Source: Vicugna vicugna
Taxonomy: Eukaryota
Length of the DNA stretch: 64,000 nucleotides
Reading direction: 5' to 3'
Assembly: GCA_013265495.1 (NCBI GenBank)
Contig: MU058000.1
Span: 2,852,001 to 2,916,000 of the forward strand
Shown: positions 63,684 through 64,000 of the stretch, piece after piece
Layout of the letters: each line of letters begins with the position of its first letter
Numbering within the stretch: position 1 is the first letter of the stretch
Position numbers and translations under genes: made by a program
Notes under the pieces: generated by a model
Databases searched by the model: none
What the model was told of the DNA's origin: nothing
What the model saw: only the letters and a program-made list of their open reading frames with translations

Positions 63684-64000
63684 AGACATTTGGTGAGAGT
63701 TGAAAATAAGTAGAGCAATAAATACATAGGCTACGGAGAATAACAGAAAGTTGCAGAGGGTGATGGGGTTTTTCTTTGTAGATAGAAGCCACAGCTGGAT
63801 ACATTTCTTGTTGTGCTGAAATATATTTTGGTCAAATTGAAACAAAAGTGAATGGTGGTGATCGTCCACTTTGTGTTACTCTTTTTCTTTCCTTTGCCGT
63901 AACAGTGGTGGCATTAGAATTCAGTCTCTGTCTGACTCCAGAAGAACCAACAAAGGTGAAAAAACATGCTGATAAAAACTTGCCCAACAATTCATTCTCA

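Overview
AT-rich, CpG-depleted mammalian genomic DNA (intergenic or deep intronic). I could not recognise any host protein-coding exon, tRNA, rRNA or CRISPR array. The ORFs in the track are short chance ORFs or transposon remnants. The only recognisable protein sequences are decayed LINE-1 ORF1/ORF2 and LINE-2 RT fragments. Much of the window is interspersed repeat: ancient L2 and MIR, MaLR/ERVL/ERV1 solo LTRs (MLT1, LTR16, LTR33, MER21, MER34-like), DNA-transposon MITEs (MER58A, MER5, Tigger/MER8-like), old L1M pieces and seven short, younger L1 3' tails. Those tails look artiodactyl-type. With no Alu, B1/B2, Bov-tA/BovB, PRE-1, ERE or Can-SINE seen, a camelid is my best inference. Repeat names come from recalled consensus motifs, not a database search, so subfamilies and boundaries are approximate. 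I found no convincing new biological system. The best leads are: an unusually similar inverted MIR pair (9280-9974) bracketing a candidate minus-strand non-coding exon; a twin-primed, 5'-inverted L1 (49216-50933); and a motif-dense, enhancer-like unique segment near 29.0-29.4 kb.
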